Below the pieces are notes generated by a model. It saw nothing but the letters and a program-made list of their open reading frames with translations, was not told the origin of the DNA and did no database searches. Made by a program: the position numbers and the translations under genes. This document shows, piece after piece, positions 52,731 through 61,654 of a stretch of DNA of 64,000 bases (position 1 is the first letter of the stretch; each line of letters starts with the position of its first letter). The DNA lies in contig JBNLGU010000002.1 of the NCBI GenBank assembly GCA_050306215.1, positions 1,438 to 65,437 of the forward strand, given 5' to 3'. Origin of the DNA: Pontiella sp. (lineage in GTDB: Bacteria; Verrucomicrobiota; Kiritimatiellia; Kiritimatiellales; Pontiellaceae).

Positions 52731-54809
52731 ATGAAAATCCGGTTCAAGCTGACGATATTGCCGATCATTGCCGTTCTTCTCCCATTGATGGGCGTGAGCT
52801 TTTATGTACGGCATGCGGCGCGCAACTACTATAAACAGCAGATTGGGGTGCTCTACCTGACGATCGCCAAGGACATGGAGGATGCACTTGAGCACGATGT
52901 CGTCGGCGAAATGCACAACCTCGAAGGGTGGGTCCGCCTGTTTGGCATTGACCGCGTACTGCAGCAGGACGATGTTGAGCCGCTTGATCCCGCGGCGGTG
53001 CGGGCGATCGAGCAGCGCTGGCCATCGCTCACCGCGGCCAATGAACCGCTGCGTTCGATCCTGCAAAACAAAATGGCGCAACAGCTGCTCCGCTGCCAAA
53101 AAATCAATCCGCTCTTCGTGGAACTCATGTTGACCGACCGGCATGGCCGCTTGGTGGCGGCCACGAACCCAACCACGGACTACTGGCAGGCCGACGAAGG
53201 CTGGTGGCTTACGGCCGCTAGCGCGCAGGAGGGTGATCCGGGCTGGGCCCACAGCATCATGTATGATGCCAGTGCGGGTGTGCAGACGATGGATATTGCG
53301 CTGCCGATCCGCGATGCTGAAGGCGCGTTGCTCGGTGTGGTGAAGGGAAGCCTGAATGCCATCGAAGTACTGCGCCGCTTGGCGCCGGACCCGTGGAATG
53401 CGGAGATCACCCGCGATATCCTTTTCAAGGATGGCCAGCTATTTGCCCGGCTCAATGCAGGGGCAGATGGACAGCCGTTACCCGAACGCGTCTCCCCGGA
53501 ACTGTTTTCCCGGCTGGCCGCCGGCAATGAACGGTGCTGTAAGGAGGAGCTATTCCCCGGGCAGCCTTCGTTGGCGGTATGCGTGCCCGTGGGGACCGAA
53601 CTCGACAGCCCTTCCGAAGATGGGCTTGATGCCTCCGTCTATATCCTGGTCCATCGAGACTATGCCGAGGCTATGGCCCCGGTTACCCGGGTGATTCGCC
53701 AACTGACGTGGCAGAGTTCCGGCGTGGTGGTGGTGATTGCCATTCTGAGCTTTGTGCTATCGACGTCTTGGTTTGCCCGTCCGCTGGGCAAGCTGCGGTG
53801 CGCGGCATTGCACATCGGCGAACACGTAAGCCGGCAGGAGTCGGGCAAAGGCGACGAGGCGTATCGCAGCATGAAGGATGTGGAAACTTCGCTGAAGGAA
53901 CTGGGCACGATTCGCACGCGCGATGAAATGCAGGATTTGGCGGAAGTCGTTGCGCACATGGGCGGTCGGGTCCTTTATTTCCACCGTCAGCTAGAGCGGG
54001 AACTCCGCCGGGCAACGGAGGAGATTAATGAGGATCTGGCGATGGCTCGCGAGTTTCAGGAAGCCCTGCTGCCCGATAGCTATCCGCAGATACCCATGCC
54101 GCTGGGAAGCGATGCGTTCAATCTTTCCTTCAGCCACATCTATCGTCCCGCCCAGTCGGTCAGCGGGGACTTCTTCGATATTTCGGAAATATCAAAGCAC
54201 TGCGTTCGGGTAGTGGTGGCGGATGTAATGGGACACGGCGCCCGCTCCGCATTGATGACCGCCATCCTGCACGCCCTGATATCCGATACAGCGAAAAAAA
54301 ACGATGGGCCGGAGCACTTGCTCCAGCGGATGAACGAGGAATTCCATGCCATTGGTCAGCGTACGGGCGACACGGTTTTCGTGACAGCCATACACATGGT
54401 TATCGATACCCACCGGCAATCCATCCGCTATGCAGCCGCCGGCCATCCCTCGCCTTTGATTGTCGACCATCAAACCGGCAGTGTGGACCTGCTTGTTCCG
54501 GAAGACCGGCCCACGCCGGCGGCCGGGCTTTTGCAGGATACGGTCTACACCGGCATTGAGCGCAAAATGGATAAGGAGCAGACGATCCTGCTCTACACCG
54601 ACGGCGTGACCGAAGCCGTCAATCCCCGGGAAGAGGAATTCGGGGTTGCCCGCTTGATCCAGGCCATCAAGGACTGCAGGAAGGACGATCGTAAGATGCC
54701 ATTGCCCAACTATGTGCTCGATGCCCTGGATGCCTTCATGGATACCGCCGTGGCCATGGATGACATTTGCCTGGTTGCCATTGACGTTTCAAAAGCCGGT
54801 AAAAGGTGA
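52731..54809 (+). CDS. Membrane sensor PP2C/SpoIIE (RsbU-like) phosphatase with periplasmic Cache-like domain
   Basis: Two TM helices; AREFQEALLP, SGDFFD, ADVMGHG, AAGHP, YTDGVTEA, DDICL. Confidence 0.92.
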   Translation: MKIRFKLTILPIIAVLLPLMGVSFYVRHAARNYYKQQIGVLYLTIAKDMEDALEHDVVGEMHNLEGWVRLFGIDRVLQQDDVEPLDPAAVRAIEQRWPSLTAANEPLRSILQNKMAQQLLRCQKINPLFVELMLTDRHGRLVAATNPTTDYWQADEGWWLTAASAQEGDPGWAHSIMYDASAGVQTMDIALPIRDAEGALLGVVKGSLNAIEVLRRLAPDPWNAEITRDILFKDGQLFARLNAGADGQPLPERVSPELFSRLAAGNERCCKEELFPGQPSLAVCVPVGTELDSPSEDGLDASVYILVHRDYAEAMAPVTRVIRQLTWQSSGVVVVIAILSFVLSTSWFARPLGKLRCAALHIGEHVSRQESGKGDEAYRSMKDVETSLKELGTIRTRDEMQDLAEVVAHMGGRVLYFHRQLERELRRATEEINEDLAMAREFQEALLPDSYPQIPMPLGSDAFNLSFSHIYRPAQSVSGDFFDISEISKHCVRVVVADVMGHGARSALMTAILHALISDTAKKNDGPEHLLQRMNEEFHAIGQRTGDTVFVTAIHMVIDTHRQSIRYAAAGHPSPLIVDHQTGSVDLLVPEDRPTPAAGLLQDTVYTGIERKMDKEQTILLYTDGVTEAVNPREEEFGVARLIQAIKDCRKDDRKMPLPNYVLDALDAFMDTAVAMDDICLVAIDVSKAGKR

Positions 54810-54846
54810 ACGGGCCGTCAAGGGGGAGGAGACGGCCCGTTCTTTT
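54808..54846 (+). terminator. Terminator between the phosphatase gene and tpx
   Basis: GAACGGGCCGTC...GACGGCCCGTTC-TTTT. Confidence 0.7.
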
Positions 54847-54874
54847 GGGGTGGGTGTTTCTAGGGAAAGTCGTT

Positions 54875-55372
54875 TTACAGTGCTTCCAAGGCGGCCTCGT
54901 AGTTGGGTTCCTGTGTGATTTCCGGCACCTGTTCGGTATAGATCACCTTGCCGGATTCATCAATGACGACCACCGCGCGCGACAATAGACCGGCCAAGGG
55001 GCCATCGGCGATGGTTGCGCCGTATCCGCTGCCGAATTCCGGGTTGCGGAAAACGGAAACCGGCACCACGTTTTCGAGCCCTTCGGCTCCGCAGAAGCGG
55101 CCGAGAGCAAACGGGAGATCCACGGATACGCAGAGCACAACGGTGTTATCCAGCGATCCGGCGGCTTCGTTGAAGCGGCGGGTTGATGCGGCGCACACGC
55201 CGGTGTCAATGCTCGGGAAAATGTTGATGACCACCTTCTTGCCGGAAAGGTCGGAAAGCGAGCATTCGGAAAGATCGGTTTTGAGTCCGGAAAATGCCGG
55301 TGCGTTCGAGCCGACGGCAGGGAGTTCTCCTACGGTCTTGACGGGATTTCCTTTTAGCGTAATCGAAGCCAT
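54875..55372 (-). CDS. tpx: Thiol peroxidase
   Basis: [33 protein letters not shown]. Confidence 0.96.
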   Translation of the reverse strand: MASITLKGNPVKTVGELPAVGSNAPAFSGLKTDLSECSLSDLSGKKVVINIFPSIDTGVCAASTRRFNEAAGSLDNTVVLCVSVDLPFALGRFCGAEGLENVVPVSVFRNPEFGSGYGATIADGPLAGLLSRAVVVIDESGKVIYTEQVPEITQEPNYEAALEAL

Positions 55373-55566
55373 TTTTTCTCCTGTTGGTTACGATCGGTAA
55401 GGTAGGAGTAGTGCCCGGATTAATCAAGTACAAAACTCGTACTATTTTGGCTGAGAAGGAAAAAACCGGAGAATTCACGCACTGTATATAAGGTTGACCC
55501 GCAGGGGCAGGAGGCACTAGTTTCCCTGCATACATTGTGATTCCGGAATTCGCGCAAGGAGACAAC

Positions 55567-56160
55567 ATGAAACATCTATATGCTTTATCCATTTTAGGAG
55601 TGGTCGCCGTGCTTTCAGGATGCGCGACATCGTCCCAGGTACAGGAAATGATCGATGCCTCGAACCAGGACTGCCTGACCCAGTTGCAGGCCCATGAAGA
55701 TTCGATTACCGTGCTGAAAAAGTCCGCCATGGCCGGGCTGGAGAAAAGCTCGGCCAATGCCGACCGGCTGACCGCGCTCGAAAAGCAGGTAGCAACCCTT
55801 TCGCACCGCATGGTCGAAGTCCAGGATATTGCCAACGCCTCGAAAGTGATCAGTGCGGCCAATACGGTCAAGGTCTCGGGCTTGGAGGAACAGGTCGCGG
55901 CCAATAAGGAGGAATCCGACAAGGTGATTGCACGGATGACCTCCATTGACAAGCTTTACGAAAAAGTCCTCATCCGCCAGTTCCAGGAGATTGCCGACAG
56001 TGCCAATGCCGCCATCGAGTCGTTGAAGGCCAATGGATTTTCCGCAACCACCAACGCGCCGGTTAAACTCGACGAGCCGATCGAGATTATCGCGCCCGAC
56101 ACGACGACGCCGACGAATGGCTCTGGTTCATCCCCGGATACGAATGCCGCCGCGATGTAG
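55567..56160 (+). CDS. Coiled-coil lipoprotein
   Basis: Lipobox LSG-C, long heptad helix, Thr/Pro/Ser tail; AAGGAGA RBS. Confidence 0.8.
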   Translation: MKHLYALSILGVVAVLSGCATSSQVQEMIDASNQDCLTQLQAHEDSITVLKKSAMAGLEKSSANADRLTALEKQVATLSHRMVEVQDIANASKVISAANTVKVSGLEEQVAANKEESDKVIARMTSIDKLYEKVLIRQFQEIADSANAAIESLKANGFSATTNAPVKLDEPIEIIAPDTTTPTNGSGSSPDTNAAAM

Positions 56161-56279
56161 GCGGATCCACTTGTACTCTTGTGGTGGCACCCGCCCTGCC
56201 TTGGCAGTGCGGGTGTTTGTTTTTCAGGCTTGATGCGTTCGTTGAGCACTTTTAAGTTAGCCGAAACAAAGGAAACGTT

Positions 56280-56891
56280 ATGGACCAGCAACCGCGCACC
56301 GCCCAGATCACTCGCAACACCAAGGAAACCCAGATCGACCTGTCGCTGAACATTGATGGCAAGGCGAATTACGAGATCTCCACCGGTGTGCCTTTCTTCG
56401 ACCACATGCTCGACCTCTTGGCCAAGCATGCTTTGTTCGATCTTCAAATAAAGGCGACTGGCGATATCGAGGTGGACTATCACCACCTGGTTGAGGATGT
56501 CGGGATTGTGCTGGGCGAAGCGCTAAACCAGGCCCTTGGCGAACGCAAAGGGATTAACCGATACGGTTTCTGGGTGCTTCCAATGGACGAAGCCCAGGCG
56601 CAGGCCGACGTCTGCCTCGATCTCGGCGGCCGGCCCTTTTTCGTCTACAAGGTGGAGCTGGATCAAAAGTATATCCGCGATTTCGATGTTACCATCATAA
56701 AGCATTTCTGGCGGTCGTTCTGCGATTCGGCGAAAATGAACCTGCACATCGAGCTTAAGTTTGGCGAGGACCTGCATCATTGCATCGAAGCCATCTTCAA
56801 GTCCGTGGCCCGCGCCTTGCGCGTAGCCTGCGATTCCGATCCCCGGGCCCTCGACCTGATTCCTTCCAGCAAGGGGCGCATCGGCGCCTGA
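56280..56891 (+). CDS. hisB: Imidazoleglycerol-phosphate dehydratase
   Basis: RNTKETQI, FFDHML, DYHHLVED, PMDE, HHCIEAIFK, PSSKG. Confidence 0.97.
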   Translation: MDQQPRTAQITRNTKETQIDLSLNIDGKANYEISTGVPFFDHMLDLLAKHALFDLQIKATGDIEVDYHHLVEDVGIVLGEALNQALGERKGINRYGFWVLPMDEAQAQADVCLDLGGRPFFVYKVELDQKYIRDFDVTIIKHFWRSFCDSAKMNLHIELKFGEDLHHCIEAIFKSVARALRVACDSDPRALDLIPSSKGRIGA

Positions 56892-56893
56892 TC

Positions 56894-57682
56894 ATGGAAT
56901 TCATTTCCCATTTTCACGCCCTGGATCTGTTCTGGATCGGGCTGGGGCTCTTCTTGACGGGAATGGGAAAAGGCGGTTTCCCGGTCGGGCCGATTGCCCT
57001 GCCGATTCTAATCCTGATGTGGCCGGTACAAAGTCAGGCGGCGAGAGAAGCGGTGGGATTCATGCTGCCGATGCTCTGCCTGATGGATGTGGTTGCGTTG
57101 GCGATCTATTGGCGGCATGTCCTATGGGGCCGACTCATCTATCTGCTCCCCGCCACCTTGCTTGGTGTGGCAACGGCCAGTTTCCTGTTTGTTTCGAACG
57201 ATGCCGCCGTCGCGGTATCGGATCGCGCGCTAAAGCTCCTGATCGGAGTCCTGGGCATCGTGTTCGTTGCATACTTTGCATTGAAGAAGTGGATTCTGAA
57301 GCATATCCATGCCTCCGAACCCAACTGGACGAAAGGGAATATCTTTGGCTTTGCCGCCGGCATGACGTCAACGCTGGCCCATGCCGCCGGCCCGGTGATG
57401 CAGATGTATCTTTTGCCGCAGCTGCTGGAGAAAAAAAAGTTTGCGGCTACCAGTTGCGCGTTTTTCTGGGTGCTGAATCTCGTGAAGTTGCTGCCGTTTT
57501 CCATGATGGGGCGCATCCATGCCGACAACCTAAAGCTGGGCATTGTTCTCCTCCCGGTGATTCCGTTGGGCGTTGCATGCGGTTGGTGGCTAACGCACAG
57601 GACCCGGCAAAGCCATTATACGCTACTGATCTATTGCGTGCTGTTGATCACTTCGGTTGCGTTGATTGTCAAATCGCTATAA
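56894..57682 (+). CDS. TauE/SafE-family (sulfite exporter-like) membrane protein
   Basis: GMGKGGF, MLPMLCLMD, STLAHAAGP, NLVKLLPF; real start ATG 56894. Confidence 0.88.
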   Translation: MEFISHFHALDLFWIGLGLFLTGMGKGGFPVGPIALPILILMWPVQSQAAREAVGFMLPMLCLMDVVALAIYWRHVLWGRLIYLLPATLLGVATASFLFVSNDAAVAVSDRALKLLIGVLGIVFVAYFALKKWILKHIHASEPNWTKGNIFGFAAGMTSTLAHAAGPVMQMYLLPQLLEKKKFAATSCAFFWVLNLVKLLPFSMMGRIHADNLKLGIVLLPVIPLGVACGWWLTHRTRQSHYTLLIYCVLLITSVALIVKSL

Positions 57683-57684
57683 CC

Positions 57685-58857
57685 ATGAAATGGGAAAACA
57701 GGCATCTGGGGCGCCTTCCGGTCAAGTCGTGGTGCGAGCAGGTGGAGAGGGGGGCGTTGGAGCAGACGGCCAACCTCGCCAATCATCCCCGCGTGGTTGG
57801 ACATGTAGCGCTGATGCCGGACTGCCATGTGGGCTTCGGCATGCCGATTGGCGGCGTGGTGGCGTGCGATGGGGCCGTCATCCCAAATGCCGTGGGCGTG
57901 GACATCGGTTGCGGCATGTGCGCGGTGAGGACCAGTATTCCTGCGGCCGAGGCCTCCCGTGCGCGCGTCGCCGGTTGCGTGGATGGGTTGGAGCGGTTGG
58001 TTCCCGTGGGCGAAGGCCGCGGCCACCATGATCCGCAAGAATGGGATCGGTTCGACGAGCTACCGCGCTGGATGGACGACCACGCACGTGAGCTGGCGTA
58101 CAAGGGCCTGGGTTCGCTGGGCGGCGGCAACCATTTCATTGAATTGCAAGCGGGCGATGATGGGATGGTTTGGCTGATGTTGCATTCCGGATCCAGGAAC
58201 CTAGGTTATCGCATTGCAGAGCACCATCACCGCTTGGCTGTTCAGGCCCATCCAGAGCTCGGGGACCTGGCCTATCTTGAGGTGGAGAGCGAAGCGGGAC
58301 GGGATTATATCCGGGAGATGAATCTGGCGCTGGCGTATGCCCGCGAAAACCGGGCGCGCATGATGCGGGTTTTCATGGACGTGGTCGCGCGCATGTTCAA
58401 GGGGGCGGAATTTACCCGGGAAATCAATATCCACCACAACTATGCTGCGCCGGAAACGCATGCCGGCATAACCGTTTGGGTGCATCGCAAGGGGGCAACG
58501 TCGGCCAAAAAAGGCGAAGAGGGGATTATTCCCGGGAGCATGGGAACGCATTCGTACATTGTGCGCGGTTGCGGGAATGTCGATTCCTTCCAATCCTGCC
58601 CGCACGGTGCCGGACGGGTGATGGGCCGCATGGCGGCTTCACGCACCTTGTCGAGGGAGGCATGCGACAAAGCGATGAAGGGCATTGTCTATTCGGGCTG
58701 GCGCACATTCAGGGGCGGTGGACGGAAGATGAAGGGGTTGCTCGATCTTAGCGAGGCACCGCAGGCGTACAAGGATATCGATGCGGTGATCGCGGCCTCG
58801 ACCGACTTGGCCAAGCCGTTGGTGAAGTTACGCCCGCTGGGTGTGGTGAAAGGTTAA
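57685..58857 (+). CDS. rtcB: RtcB-family RNA 3'-phosphate/5'-OH ligase
   Basis: MPDCHVG, GVDIGCG, LGGGNHF, HSGSR, HHN, HRKGAT, PGSMG, HGAGR, EAPQAYKD; start ATG 57685. Confidence 0.95.
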   Translation: MKWENRHLGRLPVKSWCEQVERGALEQTANLANHPRVVGHVALMPDCHVGFGMPIGGVVACDGAVIPNAVGVDIGCGMCAVRTSIPAAEASRARVAGCVDGLERLVPVGEGRGHHDPQEWDRFDELPRWMDDHARELAYKGLGSLGGGNHFIELQAGDDGMVWLMLHSGSRNLGYRIAEHHHRLAVQAHPELGDLAYLEVESEAGRDYIREMNLALAYARENRARMMRVFMDVVARMFKGAEFTREINIHHNYAAPETHAGITVWVHRKGATSAKKGEEGIIPGSMGTHSYIVRGCGNVDSFQSCPHGAGRVMGRMAASRTLSREACDKAMKGIVYSGWRTFRGGGRKMKGLLDLSEAPQAYKDIDAVIAASTDLAKPLVKLRPLGVVKG

Positions 58858-58932
58858 TTGATTCAATGTTTTTCGTGTAAATTCATGCTTCGCCCGTTTA
58901 GAGTCGTTTCTTGATTTACGGGGACGCCGACA

Positions 58933-59553
58933 ATGATTGGAATTATCGATTATGGAATGGGAAATCTCGGAAGCGTGTCCAACGCATTCCGGTTTCTGCA
59001 GCTGGACGCCAGGATTATCACTCGCAAAGACGAGATGGACGCTTGCAGCGCGGTCCTGCTGCCAGGCGTTGGAGCCTTTGGCGATTGCATGAACCACTTG
59101 GTTGAGCACGACTTTGTCGATGCGATTGAGCTGTGGGTGCAAGCCGGTAAACCCATGATGGGAATCTGCCTCGGGCTGCAGGCCTTGTTTGAGTCGAGCG
59201 CAGAAACGCCCGGGGTTGATGGATTGGGAATCCTTCCGGGAACGGTTAAGCGCTTTGACCTGCCGAGGGAATTGAAAGTGCCGCAGATCGGCTGGAACCG
59301 TATCCATGAGGCGCAACCCGACTGCCCGATGTTCGAAGGGATTGACGACGGCTCGTTCTTCTACCTGGTACACTCCTACTATGTCTGCCCGCAGGACGAG
59401 GCTGTGGTGGCGGGCAAGACGGACTACGGTATCGAATACTGCTCGTGCGTGTGGAAAGACAACGTGTTCGCTACGCAATTCCACCCGGAAAAGTCGCAAG
59501 CGGTCGGACTGCGCATGCTACGCAATTTTCAGAAATGGGCGGAATCCATATAG
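58933..59553 (+). CDS. hisH: Imidazole glycerol phosphate synthase glutaminase subunit
   Basis: IDYGMGNL, LPGVGAF, GICLGLQ, VPQIGWN, QFHPEKS. Confidence 0.97.
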   Translation: MIGIIDYGMGNLGSVSNAFRFLQLDARIITRKDEMDACSAVLLPGVGAFGDCMNHLVEHDFVDAIELWVQAGKPMMGICLGLQALFESSAETPGVDGLGILPGTVKRFDLPRELKVPQIGWNRIHEAQPDCPMFEGIDDGSFFYLVHSYYVCPQDEAVVAGKTDYGIEYCSCVWKDNVFATQFHPEKSQAVGLRMLRNFQKWAESI

Positions 59554-59602
59554 AATATTGTTTGTAAATTAGATATGTTTTCAGCTGTGTCCCAGTTGCA
59601 AA

Positions 59603-61084
59603 ATGATAGATTGGGAAACTGAACAAGCCAGTGCCATGAGCCTAAAAAATAAAATCCTGACTATTCTTTTCGCGGCATCGATCGCTTCCTCGGTCGTGAC
59701 CGGGATCTTTCTGGTCTATCTGCTACGCTTGTTCGGCCAGATCACGATAAGCAGTAAAGGACCTTCTGTGGCCTTGGCCTTTGCCATCGCCGTCTATCTG
59801 TTGAGCGGTATGTTTGTACTGGTTCTCCTAAATCTTCTGTTGAGCAAGAATGTCGTCATTCCTGCCGTTGAACGGGAGTTGCTGGACTCGGAACGCACCA
59901 TGCTGACCAAGCAACTGCATCATTCCCAGAAAATGGAGGCCGTCGGCAAGCTTGCGGGGAGTATCGCACACGACTTTAACAACCTGCTGACCATTATCGA
60001 TGGCTATTCCAGCCTGATCATTGCTGCTCCGAATTCGCCGGAAACACAACAGAATGCACAGGAAGTTGTGGAGGCGGCCCGCAAGGCATCGTTTATCACG
60101 CGTAAGCTATTGAGCTTCAGCCAGAAGGAGCAGAGCGAGCCGGTGTTGCTCGATCTCAATACCACCCTGCAAGACACGCATAAAATGCTGTCCCGGTTGA
60201 TCGGCGAAAAGATCACGCTTGTCACCAAGGCGTATGATGAGCCGATCTATGCCATGGCGGATCCGGTGCAGATCGGGCAGGTGCTGATGAACCTAGCCGT
60301 TAATGCCCGCGATGCCATGCCGAACGGAGGCCGTATTACCATCAAGGTGGATTGTAGGCATGTGGCCGATGGCGAATGTTCCAAGCCCGGCAAGCTTCCC
60401 GAGGGGGATTATGTGGAAGTCGCGGTCCACGACACCGGGACAGGCATGGATCAGGAGACGCTGTCCCGCGTGTTTGAGGCGTTCTTTACCACCAAGCAGG
60501 AGGGGAAGGGAACCGGTCTTGGCTTATCCATCGTCAAAAGCATCATGAAGGAAAACCATGGCTTTGTCGATGTGCTTAGCAAGCCCGGCGGGGGATCGAC
60601 GTTCCTGTTGTACCTGCCGGTTGTCGAGCTCGATGTCTTGGCCGAAGCGATGGAAGAGGTCGCGGAGTCCGTGGTTGAACGAGAACCGCAAGTCGAGGAT
60701 CCCGAGGTTGCCGATACCGCACAGGCAACGATACTGTTGGCGGAGGATGATCCCATGATTCGGAACCTCGTTTCCCAAACCTTGGAAACACAGGGGTATC
60801 GGGTCGAGATGGCCGAGGACGGTTGGGAGGGGATCAAAGTGGCCCGGACCCATAAAGGCCGCATTGACCTGCTGCTCACCGATGTGGTGATGCCCGGTAT
60901 GGGCGGTGCCGAGCTTGCCATAGCTATGAAAGAGCTCTATCCGGGGGTGCGGGTTATTTATATGTCAGGCTACTCCCGTTCCCAGCTGAACGAGGAAGGA
61001 GTTCCGGCGGATGCTTCGCTCATCGAAAAGCCTTTCACGCCGGACAAGGTTGTGGCGCTGGTCCGGAAGGTACTTGCCGAGTAG
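59603..61084 (+). CDS. Hybrid sensor histidine kinase/receiver (CckA-like architecture)
   Basis: Two TM helices, SQKMEAVGKLAGSIAHDFNN, NARDAM, GKGTGLGL, C-terminal receiver (AEDD, TDVVMPG, KPF); start may be 59636. Confidence 0.93.
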   Translation: MIDWETEQASAMSLKNKILTILFAASIASSVVTGIFLVYLLRLFGQITISSKGPSVALAFAIAVYLLSGMFVLVLLNLLLSKNVVIPAVERELLDSERTMLTKQLHHSQKMEAVGKLAGSIAHDFNNLLTIIDGYSSLIIAAPNSPETQQNAQEVVEAARKASFITRKLLSFSQKEQSEPVLLDLNTTLQDTHKMLSRLIGEKITLVTKAYDEPIYAMADPVQIGQVLMNLAVNARDAMPNGGRITIKVDCRHVADGECSKPGKLPEGDYVEVAVHDTGTGMDQETLSRVFEAFFTTKQEGKGTGLGLSIVKSIMKENHGFVDVLSKPGGGSTFLLYLPVVELDVLAEAMEEVAESVVEREPQVEDPEVADTAQATILLAEDDPMIRNLVSQTLETQGYRVEMAEDGWEGIKVARTHKGRIDLLLTDVVMPGMGGAELAIAMKELYPGVRVIYMSGYSRSQLNEEGVPADASLIEKPFTPDKVVALVRKVLAE

Positions 61085-61570
61085 CTACCTTCCGGGAGTC
61101 GGCACTACCATGACGTTGCAGGGCGCGTCGCGCATCACGGATTCCGAAACGCTACCCAGTAGTGCCTTGTGGAGCAGGCCATGCCCATGGGAACCAAGTA
61201 GAATAATATCCGCTTCGAGGTCGGTTGCCTGTTCCAGAATGAGCTTTGCCGCTGGCCCCTTGAGTAGGATGGCCTGGGCGTCGATGCCTCTTTTTTTCAG
61301 TCCGGCGGACAGGCCCAGCAACTCGCTGTGCTCGCGTTTCAGTTCCTCGGCGCTGAGATCGCGTGCCAGCTGCACATCGCCCGGCATGCTGACGAAATCC
61401 GGCGAAAAATCGGAGTATTGCGTCGTCTCGTAGGCGATTGCCTGGGTTTCATCGCTGGCAACATGAAGGAGCCAAAGCTTGGCCCCCAGGGCTTCAGCCA
61501 GGGAAGAAGCCTGTTCCAGAATCGCATCCGTAGTCTTGGAAAAGTCGATGGCTGCCAATAGCGTTTTCAT
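61085..61570 (-). CDS. Universal stress protein
   Basis: LAAIDFS, LLHV, ILLGSHG...LLGSVS...CNVMVV. Confidence 0.93.
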   Translation of the reverse strand: MKTLLAAIDFSKTTDAILEQASSLAEALGAKLWLLHVASDETQAIAYETTQYSDFSPDFVSMPGDVQLARDLSAEELKREHSELLGLSAGLKKRGIDAQAILLKGPAAKLILEQATDLEADIILLGSHGHGLLHKALLGSVSESVMRDAPCNVMVVPTPGR

Positions 61571-61654
61571 TCCGTCTCCTTTACTGGTCTTGATTCTAGT
61601 CCGCGATGGAGATTTGGCAAGCCGTGCATCGAAGCTTCATTTTACTTTATGGGG

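Noticed and set aside
57019-57684. 612-aa RtcB with an N-terminal extension, as in the ORF track
   Set aside because: The extension is an alternate frame over the TauE gene; RtcB similarity starts at ATG 57685
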